From assembly GCA_041665405.1 (NCBI GenBank), contig JBAYIZ010000007.1, positions 1-55,181 of the forward strand: a stretch of DNA of 55,181 bases, read 5' to 3'. Both the position numbers and the translations under genes were made by a program. The notes under the pieces were generated by a model, which saw nothing but the letters and a program-made list of their open reading frames with translations, was not told where the DNA came from and ran no database searches. Position 1 is the first letter of the stretch. The number at the start of each line of letters is the position of its first letter. This DNA comes from Candidatus Magasanikiibacteriota bacterium (lineage in GTDB: Bacteria > Patescibacteriota > Patescibacteriia > Magasanikbacterales > GWA2-37-8). This document shows positions 7,176-15,970 of this stretch, in pieces.

Positions 7176-10100
7176 ATGAACCGCGATTCAACAAAAACTG
7201 CAAACTTTGATGCGATTCGTCTGCGCCTGGCTTCTCCGGAAACCATTCGCGCTTGGTCTTTTGGTGAGGTAAACAAACCAGAGACTATCAACTATCGTAC
7301 TCAAAAACCAGAAAAAGGTGGCTTGTTCGCCGAAGAAATTTTTGGGCCTACCAAAGATTGGGAATGTTATTGTGGAAAGTATAAAAAAATTCGCTACAAA
7401 GGAATTGTTTGCGACAAGTGTGGGGTAGAAGTTACTACCTCATTGGTTCGTCGTGAACGTATGGGTCATATCGAATTGGCCGCTCCAGTAGCTCATATTT
7501 GGTTCTTGCGTTCTGTGCCTTCCAAAGTTGGTTTGATTTTGGATGTGCCAGTGCAAGCTTTGGAAAAAGTTATTTATTTTGCCGCCTTTATTATTTCTCA
7601 TGTAGATGAAGAAGGTAAGCGCAAAGCTAGTGATCAGATGCGTCAGGAATATAAATCCAAAAAGAAACAAATCGAACATGAATCAGAAGTCGAAATCAAA
7701 AAAGCCAATGATCAAAAATTGGGCGCAGAATTTTTGGAAAAAATTCAACATGAAATGGAGCGCAAACAGGTTGCTTTGGAACAAGATTTCATGGCCGCCG
7801 ATAAAGAATTAAAAGAATTACAAGTTTTGAAAATTTTGTCTGAGAATCATTATCAGGAATTGTCTTTGCGTTTTGGACATTTGTTTGAAGCGGGCATTGG
7901 TGCTGAGGCAGTTTACAATTTATTGGAAAGAATAAATATTCCAGACACCATCAAACAGATTATCGATGAACAAACTACTTCAAAGGGTGCAAAATTGGAA
8001 CGTTTGATCCGTCGCCACAAATTGCTGAACAGTTTGAACGTCAACAAGATTCGTCCAGAATGGACCATCATGAAATGTATTCCAGTTATTCCTCCAGATC
8101 TTCGCCCAATGGTGGCTTTGGATGGTGGGCGTTTTGCTACTTCCGATTTGAATGATTTATATCGTCGTGTTATCAATCGCAATAATCGTTTGCGCCGTCT
8201 TTTGGATCTTGATGCTCCAGAAGTTATTTGTCGCAATGAAAAACGCATGTTACAAGAAGCGGTGGATGCTTTGATTGATAATAATGCTCGTCATGCCAAA
8301 ACTGTTTTGGCCGCCACTGGCCAAAAACGTCAGTTGCGTTCATTGGCAGATATTTTGAAAGGTAAACAAGGCCGTTTCCGTCAGAACTTGTTGGGTAAAC
8401 GCGTAGATTATTCTGGTCGTTCTGTTATCGTCGTAGGTCCACAATTGAATATTGATGAATGTGGTTTGCCAAAACGCATGGCCCTAGAACTTTTCAAACC
8501 ATTTATCATGGGTGAAATTATCAAACGTGAACTGGCTCACAATGTGCGCTCTGCTTCTCGTTATATTGAAGCCGAACATGATGAAGTTTGGGATATATTG
8601 GAAGAGCTAACTCAGAATACTCGCGTAATGTTGAATCGTGCTCCAACTTTGCATCGTCTTGGTATTCAAGCTTTCCACCCTCGTTTGGTAGAAGGTAAAG
8701 CTATTCAGTTGCATCCTTTAGTTTGTACTGCTTTTAACGCTGACTTCGACGGCGATCAGATGGCTGTGCATTTACCTTTGACTGCCGAAGCTCGTTGGGA
8801 AGCAGAAAATTTGATGGCCGCAGAAAAGAACCTGCTCAAACCAGCTACTGGTCAACCAGTAATCACCCCTAAACAGGATATTGCTTTGGGTTGTTTTTAT
8901 CTCACCAACTATCATAGTACTGACACTGCTCCTGCCACAAAATATTTTTCATCTACCAAAGATGCAAAATTGGCATACAAATGTCGGGCTATCACTTTGC
9001 ACAAAAGAATTATTGTTCGTTTCAACGAAACTGAATTGAGCAAATTCCCAGAAGGAACAAACAAAATGATTGAGACTTCTTTGGGACGTATTTTGTTTAA
9101 TGAAATTTTACCAGATAAGATTTCTTATTACAACGAAACTATTACTGTAAAGAAAATGGCTGAGGTTATCCGTTTCTGTCTTGAATTTTACGGTCAGGAA
9201 ACCACCGCTCATTTCTTGGATGAATTGAAAAATTTGGGTTATCGTTATGTTACCAAATCTGGCTACTCTCTAGGTATTGCAGATTTTCCGAAGATTGAGG
9301 AAAAATTATCTTTGACTTTGGCTGCAGATAAACAAGTAGCTGAAGTAGAGGAACAATATCAAGAAGGTTTGTTGACTCAAGCAGAACGTCACGCCAAGAT
9401 TTTGGAAATTTGGACTTCAACAAAAGATAAAATCGTTGCCAACAACCAAAAGAACTTGGACAAAAACGGTCCAGTATTCGCCATGATTGAATCTGGTGCT
9501 CGCGGTACTTGGGGTCAGCTTGGTCAGGTTATCGGTATGAAAGGTTTGGTAGTATCTCCATCTGGTGATATTATCGAATTGCCTGTAAAAGGAAACTTTA
9601 AAGAAGGTTTTGATGTATTGGAATATTTTATTTCTTCTCACGGTACTCGTAAAGGTTTGTCTGATACGGCTTTACGTACCGCCAACGCTGGTTATTTGAC
9701 TCGTCGTTTGGTAGATGTGTCTCAAGATGTAGTAATTTTGGAAGAAGACTGTGGCGATACCACTGGTGAAATATTTACTGTCGCTCAATCCAAAGAAATG
9801 GGTGAAAAACTGGCCGATCGCGTTTGGGGTCGCTATGTAATTTCTGAGGTAAAAGTTGGTAACAAAGTATTTGTAAAAGCTGGTGAAGTTATTGACGATA
9901 AGACTGCTCGTGCTATTGATGAAGCAGGAATAACTGAAGTGCATGTACACAGTGTATTGCAATGTAAATTACCAAAAGGTTTTTGTCGCAAATGTTATGG
10001 TTATGATTTGGCGCACAACAAACCAGTAGAATTTGGTACAGCTGTCGGTATTATCGCCGCTCAATCTTTGGGTGAGCCTGGTACTCAGCTTACTTTGCGT

Positions 10101-11054
10101 ACTTTCCACTCTGGTGGTGTTGCTGGTGTTGATATCACTCAAGGCTTACCTCGTATTGAAGAATTATTTGAATGTCGTCCCCCAAAACGTAAAGCTGTAC
10201 TATCTGAAGTAGATGGTAAAGTAGAAATTGAAGATGCGGATGGTAAAATTGTTACTTCTCCTACTGGCAAAAAGATTTTCGAAGGTCGTCGTGGACAAAA
10301 AATTCTCAAAGTTCACTTCGAAGGAATGGAAGAAACAAAAATCAAATTTGATAGTGGCGATGAAGTGATGGTAAAAGATGGTGATGAAGTGGCTCCAGAT
10401 CAAGTAATTTTGGTACGCGGTACTTCTGGTGAAGAAGTCACTGCCAAATATCAGACCAAAGTGAAACTTGGTAAAAACAACATGACCCTGTCTTATGTTG
10501 GTCCAAAAGTTCGTGAATATATTATTCCATTAGGTTATAAATTGTACGTCAAAGAAGGCGAACAGGTAACAAAAGGACAACAGATGACCGATGGTAGTAT
10601 CAATTTGCAAGAGCTATTTGAACTAAAGGGTCGTCCAGCTGTTCAACGATATGTCTTGCAAGAAGTACAGAACATCTATTCTTCTCAAGGTCAGAAAGTA
10701 AATGATAAGCACGTAGAGTTGCTCATCTGCCAAATGTTTAGTCGTGTGCAGATTGAGGAAGCTGGTGAAACAGAATTGTTGCCAGGTGAAGTGGTAGAAA
10801 AAGCACAGTTCATGTATGCCAATCAGATGGCCAAAAAGAATGGATCCAAACCGTCAACTGGCAAAGAATTGTTGTTTGGTGTGTCTCGCGTGGCACTTTC
10901 CACTCAAAGTTTCTTGTCATCTGCTTCGTTCCAAGAAACTGCCAAGGTATTGATCAATACTGCTCTTACTGGCAAGATCGACTACCTCGAAGGTTTGAAG
11001 GAAAATGTGATTATCGGACGCTTGATTCCAGCTGGTACTGGGTTCAAGAAATAG
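7176..11054 (+). CDS. rpoC: DNA-directed RNA polymerase beta-prime subunit
   Basis: 1292 aa. Zn motif CYCGKY...CDKCGVEV and catalytic NADFDGDQMAVH. Confidence 0.97.
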   Translation: MNRDSTKTANFDAIRLRLASPETIRAWSFGEVNKPETINYRTQKPEKGGLFAEEIFGPTKDWECYCGKYKKIRYKGIVCDKCGVEVTTSLVRRERMGHIELAAPVAHIWFLRSVPSKVGLILDVPVQALEKVIYFAAFIISHVDEEGKRKASDQMRQEYKSKKKQIEHESEVEIKKANDQKLGAEFLEKIQHEMERKQVALEQDFMAADKELKELQVLKILSENHYQELSLRFGHLFEAGIGAEAVYNLLERINIPDTIKQIIDEQTTSKGAKLERLIRRHKLLNSLNVNKIRPEWTIMKCIPVIPPDLRPMVALDGGRFATSDLNDLYRRVINRNNRLRRLLDLDAPEVICRNEKRMLQEAVDALIDNNARHAKTVLAATGQKRQLRSLADILKGKQGRFRQNLLGKRVDYSGRSVIVVGPQLNIDECGLPKRMALELFKPFIMGEIIKRELAHNVRSASRYIEAEHDEVWDILEELTQNTRVMLNRAPTLHRLGIQAFHPRLVEGKAIQLHPLVCTAFNADFDGDQMAVHLPLTAEARWEAENLMAAEKNLLKPATGQPVITPKQDIALGCFYLTNYHSTDTAPATKYFSSTKDAKLAYKCRAITLHKRIIVRFNETELSKFPEGTNKMIETSLGRILFNEILPDKISYYNETITVKKMAEVIRFCLEFYGQETTAHFLDELKNLGYRYVTKSGYSLGIADFPKIEEKLSLTLAADKQVAEVEEQYQEGLLTQAERHAKILEIWTSTKDKIVANNQKNLDKNGPVFAMIESGARGTWGQLGQVIGMKGLVVSPSGDIIELPVKGNFKEGFDVLEYFISSHGTRKGLSDTALRTANAGYLTRRLVDVSQDVVILEEDCGDTTGEIFTVAQSKEMGEKLADRVWGRYVISEVKVGNKVFVKAGEVIDDKTARAIDEAGITEVHVHSVLQCKLPKGFCRKCYGYDLAHNKPVEFGTAVGIIAAQSLGEPGTQLTLRTFHSGGVAGVDITQGLPRIEELFECRPPKRKAVLSEVDGKVEIEDADGKIVTSPTGKKIFEGRRGQKILKVHFEGMEETKIKFDSGDEVMVKDGDEVAPDQVILVRGTSGEEVTAKYQTKVKLGKNNMTLSYVGPKVREYIIPLGYKLYVKEGEQVTKGQQMTDGSINLQELFELKGRPAVQRYVLQEVQNIYSSQGQKVNDKHVELLICQMFSRVQIEEAGETELLPGEVVEKAQFMYANQMAKKNGSKPSTGKELLFGVSRVALSTQSFLSSASFQETAKVLINTALTGKIDYLEGLKENVIIGRLIPAGTGFKK

Positions 11055-11064
11055 TTTAAATTTG

Positions 11065-11096
11065 AAAAAGACCTCGCGTTCGTCGAGGTCTTTTTT
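11065..11096. terminator. Bidirectional intrinsic terminator between rpoC and the TrmB-like gene
   Basis: AAAAAGACCTCG-CGTTCGT-CGAGGTCTTTTTT. Confidence 0.8.
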
Positions 11097-11101
11097 ATTT
11101 A

Positions 11102-11881
11102 TTATTTATTTTGTTCCCACAATACTTGAAATATTGATCTAAACATCGTTACGATATATTCATCTTCTATGAGTAGGGCTAGAGGAGTTTTTGGTTGCCA
11201 AATAATAATTTTGTTCGCATAAAGATGAAACGAAGTTGGAAAGTTTTGCATATTTTTTATATAACGAGTTTCGCGCTTTTGTTTTGCGTCGTCTAGTTTT
11301 AATTTTTCTGCATCTGAGCCACCAAATATCAAAGCCTTCATGAATATTTGTTTTTTTAGTCTTTGGGCAATCCATTTTTCTTCTTGAGCCCAACCGATGA
11401 AACCACTGATTAAATCTTGGACAGATCCGCAATAAATAATTTCATTTTTGCTTTCATCAAGTACTTCAAAAAAGATTTTTAAAAATTGATCTTTTCCTTC
11501 AAAAATTTTTACCGATGTCGGCAGTTCACCTTGTCTATATAAAGTCAGTAGATCAGGCAGGGCAGAGTAAAGTTTTACATCCTGTTCACTCAGTGATTCT
11601 CTTTTTTTTGCAAGCAACTCACGCACCAATGTGGGAGATTCAACCATAAAAGTTCGATTGTGTTTTTTTCGTTCCGAAAATTTCGCCAATCCGTGATTTT
11701 CTAGCTCAGAAATAATCTTATAAATGTTGGGGCGATTAATATTTAACTGTTTTGCAAGTTGGCTTATTGAAACAGGGCCAAGAGAGAGTGATGTGGTATA
11801 CAGTTCAATTTCGTGATTTGTTAACCCTAACGCCTTTAATGAACTGTAAAGCGTTTCTTTTATTTCTATTTGGCTAAACAT
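11102..11881 (-). CDS. TrmB-like winged-helix transcriptional regulator (second copy)
   Basis: HTH region LGLTNHEIELYTTSLSLGPVSISQLAKQLNINRPNIYKIISELENHGL. Start moved to MFSQIE (11881) because the -10 box at 11915..11910 lies inside the longer ORF. Confidence 0.65.
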   Translation of the reverse strand: MFSQIEIKETLYSSLKALGLTNHEIELYTTSLSLGPVSISQLAKQLNINRPNIYKIISELENHGLAKFSERKKHNRTFMVESPTLVRELLAKKRESLSEQDVKLYSALPDLLTLYRQGELPTSVKIFEGKDQFLKIFFEVLDESKNEIIYCGSVQDLISGFIGWAQEEKWIAQRLKKQIFMKALIFGGSDAEKLKLDDAKQKRETRYIKNMQNFPTSFHLYANKIIIWQPKTPLALLIEDEYIVTMFRSIFQVLWEQNK

Positions 11882-11909
11882 AGAGAAAAAGTTAAATATA
11901 TGTATATAT

Positions 11910-11938
11910 ATTATATACAATAATGCTTAATTTGTCAA
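11910..11938 (-). promoter_or_regulatory. Promoter of the second TrmB-like gene
   Basis: Minus strand reads TTGACA (11938..11933), N17, TATAAT (11915..11910). Confidence 0.55.
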
Positions 11939-11955
11939 GTGTCAGCCTAAAACAC

Positions 11956-11984
11956 TTGACAAATACGTATAAATAGTATATAAT
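11956..11984 (+). promoter_or_regulatory. Promoter reading into GC-enriched island C
   Basis: TTGACA (11956-11961), N17, TATAAT (11979-11984). The two -35 boxes are part of the inverted repeat TTGTCAAGTG (11932-11941) / CACTTGACAA (11953-11962). Confidence 0.6.
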
Positions 11985-12010
11985 AATCAGTTATTAAATA
12001 ACAAATGGCC

Positions 12011-12049
12011 GCTCCAGCGTGGGTTTAAGTCTTAAACCCACGCTGGAGC
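12011..12049 (+). repeat. 39-nt perfect palindrome (19-bp arms) in the island C leader
   Basis: GCTCCAGCGTGGGTTTAAG-T-CTTAAACCCACGCTGGAGC, followed by two more small hairpins (12055-12070 and 12074-12091). Confidence 0.85.
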
Positions 12050-12132
12050 CGATTCCGATCATGAGATCGGGTGCCAGGGCTTATGTCCTGGTTCCATTGG
12101 ACGGTATAGTTCTTTCACAATTGAGGTGTAAT

Positions 12133-12771
12133 ATGTCACGTCGAATCCTGGTCGTTGAGGACAATGCGAAGCATCTGGATGACGCCCGCGCCTATGCGGC
12201 TGATCTTATCGAGTGTGAAGTGGATTTCGCCACTACGCTCGCTGAGGCGATGGTCTTGCTAACGGCGAACAAGTACGACGGCGTGATCTCGGATGTGTTT
12301 TTCCCGGCGGACGATCAGTCCTCGGCTGACACGTTCGAGAACGCTCTCGCGCTCAACAAGAAGCTCCGTGAAATGCGGATTCACCACGTGTTCAACACGG
12401 CGGGGAACCATCACGGCAAAAAGTATGACGGCTTCTTGCACAAGACGCCAGAACTGATCTGGGTTCCTGGGAGTGAATATCCCGGCGATTTGTTCGTCAG
12501 CTCCGGCATGGTCATCGAAGCATATCCCCATGATAGTGATGGGGAGCATGCGACCAAGCAGTGGCAGGCGGCGTTCCGATATATATTGCTCTCTCTTGCA
12601 TTTCTCGAAATGCCAGACATGGGCCAGGATATCGTTCAAAGCCAGGAGCACCTGGGTGAGAAGTCGGCGCTTCGTTCTTTCCCCTACGGAGATTACGGTG
12701 AGCTGACCGAGAAGTTCTGGGGTTGCATGGACGAGCGCGTTCTTGCGATCTTTGCTCAGTTCAACGCCTAG
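12133..12771 (+). CDS. Orphan receiver (REC)-like domain protein with an uncharacterised C-terminal half (island C)
   Basis: 212 aa from the ATG preceded by GAGGTG. MSRRILVVEDN then DGVISDVFFP resemble receiver beta1 and beta3 acidic residues. No kinase or output domain was recognised. Confidence 0.5.
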   Translation: MSRRILVVEDNAKHLDDARAYAADLIECEVDFATTLAEAMVLLTANKYDGVISDVFFPADDQSSADTFENALALNKKLREMRIHHVFNTAGNHHGKKYDGFLHKTPELIWVPGSEYPGDLFVSSGMVIEAYPHDSDGEHATKQWQAAFRYILLSLAFLEMPDMGQDIVQSQEHLGEKSALRSFPYGDYGELTEKFWGCMDERVLAIFAQFNA

Positions 12772-12795
12772 CTCAACACCTCACAAACACGCCCT

Positions 12796-12824
12796 TGCCC
12801 CGCGGCGTATCAAATAGCGGGGCA
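12796..12824 (+). terminator. GC-rich hairpin after the island C ORF
   Basis: TGCCCCGC-N13-GCGGGGCA. Only a weak T-run follows. Confidence 0.4.
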
Positions 12825-12970
12825 CAATCTTTAGAAAATCATAAATTGGTTTGTTGAAGATTGAATCAAAGAATAATTATATGCACTCACTAAATCAACG
12901 GGTGATGTTTTATTCCCTTGATTTTTGATTTTAAAGTGGTAAAATAGAGCCAGAATTATAACATATATTT

Positions 12971-13696
12971 ATGTCAGGACATTCAAAGTGGCACAATATC
13001 CAACAGCGTAAAGGAAAACAGGATGCGAAACGCAGTAGTATGTTTTCTAAGTTTTCTAAAGCAATTTCGATTGCGGCACAAAAGGGTGGGGCGGATCCGG
13101 AGACAAATTTTTCTTTACGACTGGCGATTGAGAAGGCCAAAAGTGTAGCGATGCCTAAAGACAATATTGATAGAGCTATAAAAAAAGGAACAGGTGAAGT
13201 TGGGGATGGGGCTCAAATCGAAGAAGTCTTGTATGAGGCATATGGACCTGGCGGAGTGGTGATTGTTATTAAATGTTTGACCGACAATCGCAATCGTACT
13301 AGTGCAGATATAAAACATACATTATCCAAGAGCGGTGGCACACTTGGTAGCAGTGGGAGTGTGATGTGGATGTTTGATCTGTTGGGATTGATTCAAATTG
13401 AAACTTCAAAATTACCAGCCGATCGAGACACTTTTGAAATGGATATGATCGAGGCTGGGGCAGAAGATATTTCGGTTGAAGATAATCAAGTAGAAATAAA
13501 AACAAAATTGGAAAATTTTTCTAAAGTATTAAATAAATTAAAAGAGCTTGGTATTGAGCCAGACGATTCTGGTTTGCGGTATATTGCCAAAGATGAAGTG
13601 GCGATTAGTGACGAAGTGCGTGAACAAATTTCCAAGTTGTTTGAGGTATTGGAAGATAATGATGATGTGGAAGATTATTTTACCAACGCAGGTTAA
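12971..13696 (+). CDS. yebC: YebC/PmpR-family transcriptional regulator
   Basis: MSGHSKWHNIQQRKGKQDAKR N-terminus, 241 aa. Confidence 0.9.
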   Translation: MSGHSKWHNIQQRKGKQDAKRSSMFSKFSKAISIAAQKGGADPETNFSLRLAIEKAKSVAMPKDNIDRAIKKGTGEVGDGAQIEEVLYEAYGPGGVVIVIKCLTDNRNRTSADIKHTLSKSGGTLGSSGSVMWMFDLLGLIQIETSKLPADRDTFEMDMIEAGAEDISVEDNQVEIKTKLENFSKVLNKLKELGIEPDDSGLRYIAKDEVAISDEVREQISKLFEVLEDNDDVEDYFTNAG

Positions 13697-13703
13697 AAAT
13701 ATT

Positions 13704-14204
13704 ATGCCAAAACAAGAAATAATTTTGGGGATTGATCCTGGTTTTGGTCGAATGGGTTTTGGAGCGATTGAAAAAATGAAAACTGGAGAATGGCGGTCTT
13801 TGGATTATGGTTGTATCGATACTTCACCCAAGAAAAAGTTTGTGGAGCGTTTGCAGGAAGTGTATGAAGCGGTGGAATTTATTATCAAGAAATACAAACC
13901 ATCGGTAGTGGGAGTAGAGAAATTGTATTTTGCTAGAAACGTGACTACGGCTATCGAAGTGGCTCAAGCGCGTGGCGTAATTTTACTCTGTGCAGTACAG
14001 GCTGGACTACAAGTGGATGAATATACTCCTCAACAAATCAAGCAGGCGATTACTGGCTATGGTAAAGCGGAAAAACAACAGATGCAAAAAATGGTCGCAA
14101 TGATTTTGGGAATAAAGGGTAAAATAAAATCAGATGACGCGGCCGATGCGTTGGCAGTAGCACTTTGTACAGGACAAAGTTTGTGGGTTAAAAAAGTTAA
14201 ATAA
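13704..14204 (+). CDS. ruvC: Crossover junction endodeoxyribonuclease RuvC
   Basis: ILGIDPGFGRMGFG start motif and C-terminal DDAADALAVAL. The longer ORF (13548) overlaps yebC and is rejected. Confidence 0.85.
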   Translation: MPKQEIILGIDPGFGRMGFGAIEKMKTGEWRSLDYGCIDTSPKKKFVERLQEVYEAVEFIIKKYKPSVVGVEKLYFARNVTTAIEVAQARGVILLCAVQAGLQVDEYTPQQIKQAITGYGKAEKQQMQKMVAMILGIKGKIKSDDAADALAVALCTGQSLWVKKVK

Positions 14205-14209
14205 TTTTT

Positions 14210-15139
14210 ATGAATTATATTACTTTGAATAATGGGCAAAAGATGCCCGTGTTAGGTTTAGGGACTTGGAAATCTCCCAAGGACAAAGTTGGTGAGGCTA
14301 TTAAGTATGCAATTTTAGAATGCGGATATAGACACATTGATTGTGCTTCTATTTATGGAAACGAAAAAGAAATTGGTGTAGCTTTTCAAGAAATTTTTTC
14401 TTCGGGCAAAGTAAAAAGAGAAGAGGTTTTTATTACTAGCAAGTTGTGGAATGATTTTCATGGAAAGGACGACGTAGAATTGGCCTGTAAAAAAACACTT
14501 TCCGATTTACAACTAGAATATTTAGACTTATATTTAGTGCATTGGGGTGTCGCTTCACCAAATCAATCTGGTAGTGAGCCGGTTGATGAAAATGGCGTAC
14601 TAATTACTGCGCCAGTTTCAATTCAGGAAACTTGGCAGGCGATGGAAAAATTAGTTTCAGACGGTTTGGTCAAAGCGGTTGGTGTAGCAAATTTTACCGG
14701 TCCGATGTTGGTCGATTTGATGACTTATGCGACCATAATTCCAGCTGTCAATCAAATTGAATTGCATCCTTATAACCAACAAATAAAATTGGTAGAATTT
14801 TGTAAATATAAAAATATTGTCGTTACCGCCTACTCACCTTTGGGCTCACCAGCGAATAACAAAAGACAAGAAGATCCGCCTAGATTACTAGATGATGAAA
14901 AAATAAATGATTTAGCAAAAAAATATAATAAAACTCCCGCTCAGATTTTGATCAGATGGGCGATTCAACGAGATACCATAGCGATACCAAAAAGTGTGAA
15001 TAGTGATAATATAAAAAATAATATTAATGTATTTGACTTTAATTTATCTGTTGATGAAATGAGTGAGTTAGTAAAACTAGATAAACGTTATCGCTTCGTG
15101 AATCCATATGAATGGTGGAGAATTCCATATTTTGATTAA
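14210..15139 (+). CDS. Aldo/keto reductase
   Basis: 309 aa. LGLGTWKS, YRHIDCASIYGNE and LDLYLVHW are AKR hallmarks. Confidence 0.85.
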   Translation: MNYITLNNGQKMPVLGLGTWKSPKDKVGEAIKYAILECGYRHIDCASIYGNEKEIGVAFQEIFSSGKVKREEVFITSKLWNDFHGKDDVELACKKTLSDLQLEYLDLYLVHWGVASPNQSGSEPVDENGVLITAPVSIQETWQAMEKLVSDGLVKAVGVANFTGPMLVDLMTYATIIPAVNQIELHPYNQQIKLVEFCKYKNIVVTAYSPLGSPANNKRQEDPPRLLDDEKINDLAKKYNKTPAQILIRWAIQRDTIAIPKSVNSDNIKNNINVFDFNLSVDEMSELVKLDKRYRFVNPYEWWRIPYFD

Positions 15140-15140
15140 T

Positions 15141-15791
15141 ATGCTCAAAGTTTTATACGAAGACAACCATCTCATCGCGGTTTTTAAACCTGCTGGTGTT
15201 TTGGTACAGGGAGATGAGACGGGGGATAAATGTTTGATGGACGAAGTGAAAGAATATCTTAAAGAAAAATATAACAAACCCGGGCAAGTATTTTTGGGGT
15301 TGTTGCATCGATTGGATAGACCAGTGAGTGGGGTAGTTTTGTTTGCCAAAACCAGCAAGGGGGCGGCAAGATTGTCTGAACAGATTCGTACCCACAAAGT
15401 ACAAAAAGTTTATCAGGCGCTGGTAGAAGGAAAAGTAAAAAAAGAAAAAGATACTCTGATAAATTGGATAAGAAAAGATGAACAAAAAAATAAGGTGGCA
15501 TTGTTTGACAAGGAAACAGATAATACGCTTTATGCTGAGTTGGGTTATAAAGTTTTAAAATCAAATAGTAAGAACTCTCTATTGGAAATAAACTTGAAAA
15601 CGGGGCGTCCACATCAAATTCGCTCACAGTTGGCTCACATCGGTCATCCTATAGTTGGTGACCTCAAATATGGTGCTACAGTGGCACTTCCAGACAAGTC
15701 TATTGCACTGTGTGCGGTTTCTTTTACCTTTGAGACAGCGACGGGTGGGGAAATAAAAACAGCGACTGTGGAGCCGCCATTTAATGTATAA
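15141..15791 (+). CDS. RluA-family pseudouridine synthase
   Basis: HRLDRPVSGVVLFAKT catalytic motif and GRPHQIRSQLAHIGHPIVGD. Start set at MLKVLYED. Confidence 0.8.
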   Translation: MLKVLYEDNHLIAVFKPAGVLVQGDETGDKCLMDEVKEYLKEKYNKPGQVFLGLLHRLDRPVSGVVLFAKTSKGAARLSEQIRTHKVQKVYQALVEGKVKKEKDTLINWIRKDEQKNKVALFDKETDNTLYAELGYKVLKSNSKNSLLEINLKTGRPHQIRSQLAHIGHPIVGDLKYGATVALPDKSIALCAVSFTFETATGGEIKTATVEPPFNV

Positions 15792-15963
15792 ATAATTTTA
15801 TCAAAATACGTTCCTGTGCTACGTTTTAGACAAATTGTCAAAATTTTATTTAACGTAAAATGCAAAACTCGTCACTACGCTCCTCAAACATTGCATTTTA
15901 CTATAAAATTTTGCAATTTGTTGCTAAAACTTCGCAATGTCACTTAATTTTGATAAAATTATT
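15791..15963. repeat. Long intergenic hairpin element E1 (173 bp)
   Basis: Three pairing segments: AATAATTTTATCAAAAT / AATTTTGATAAAATTATT, GTTTTAGACAAATTGTCAAAATTTTA / TATAAAATTTTGCAATTTGTTGCTAAAAC, and GTAAAATGCAA / TTGCATTTTAC. 25-nt apical loop AACTCG...CTCAAACA. Confidence 0.75.
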
Positions 15964-15970
15964 TTTTTTA

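Noticed and set aside
3913-10403. Many 60-150-aa ORFs antisense to or overlapping rpoB and rpoC (e.g. 3913..4371, 6535..6882, 7913..8248, 9672..9962).
   Set aside because: They lie entirely inside well-supported long CDSs and have low-complexity or hydrophobic junk translations with no start signals. They are shadow ORFs. The same applies to antisense ORFs inside gyrA, ftsH, thrS, rpsA, the surface-protein genes and adk.
12019-12132. N-terminal extension of the island C ORF from a GTG at 12019.
   Set aside because: That GTG lies inside the 39-nt palindrome. A GAGGTG SD precedes the ATG at 12133, and the receiver-like sequence begins there.
13548-13703. Longer N-terminal extensions of several track ORFs (ruvC 13548, rluA-like 15108, 26578, 31383, miaA 37902, TrmB-like 11920).
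   Set aside because: The extensions overlap the upstream gene or contain the gene's own promoter hexamers. Conserved N-termini begin at the internal Met.
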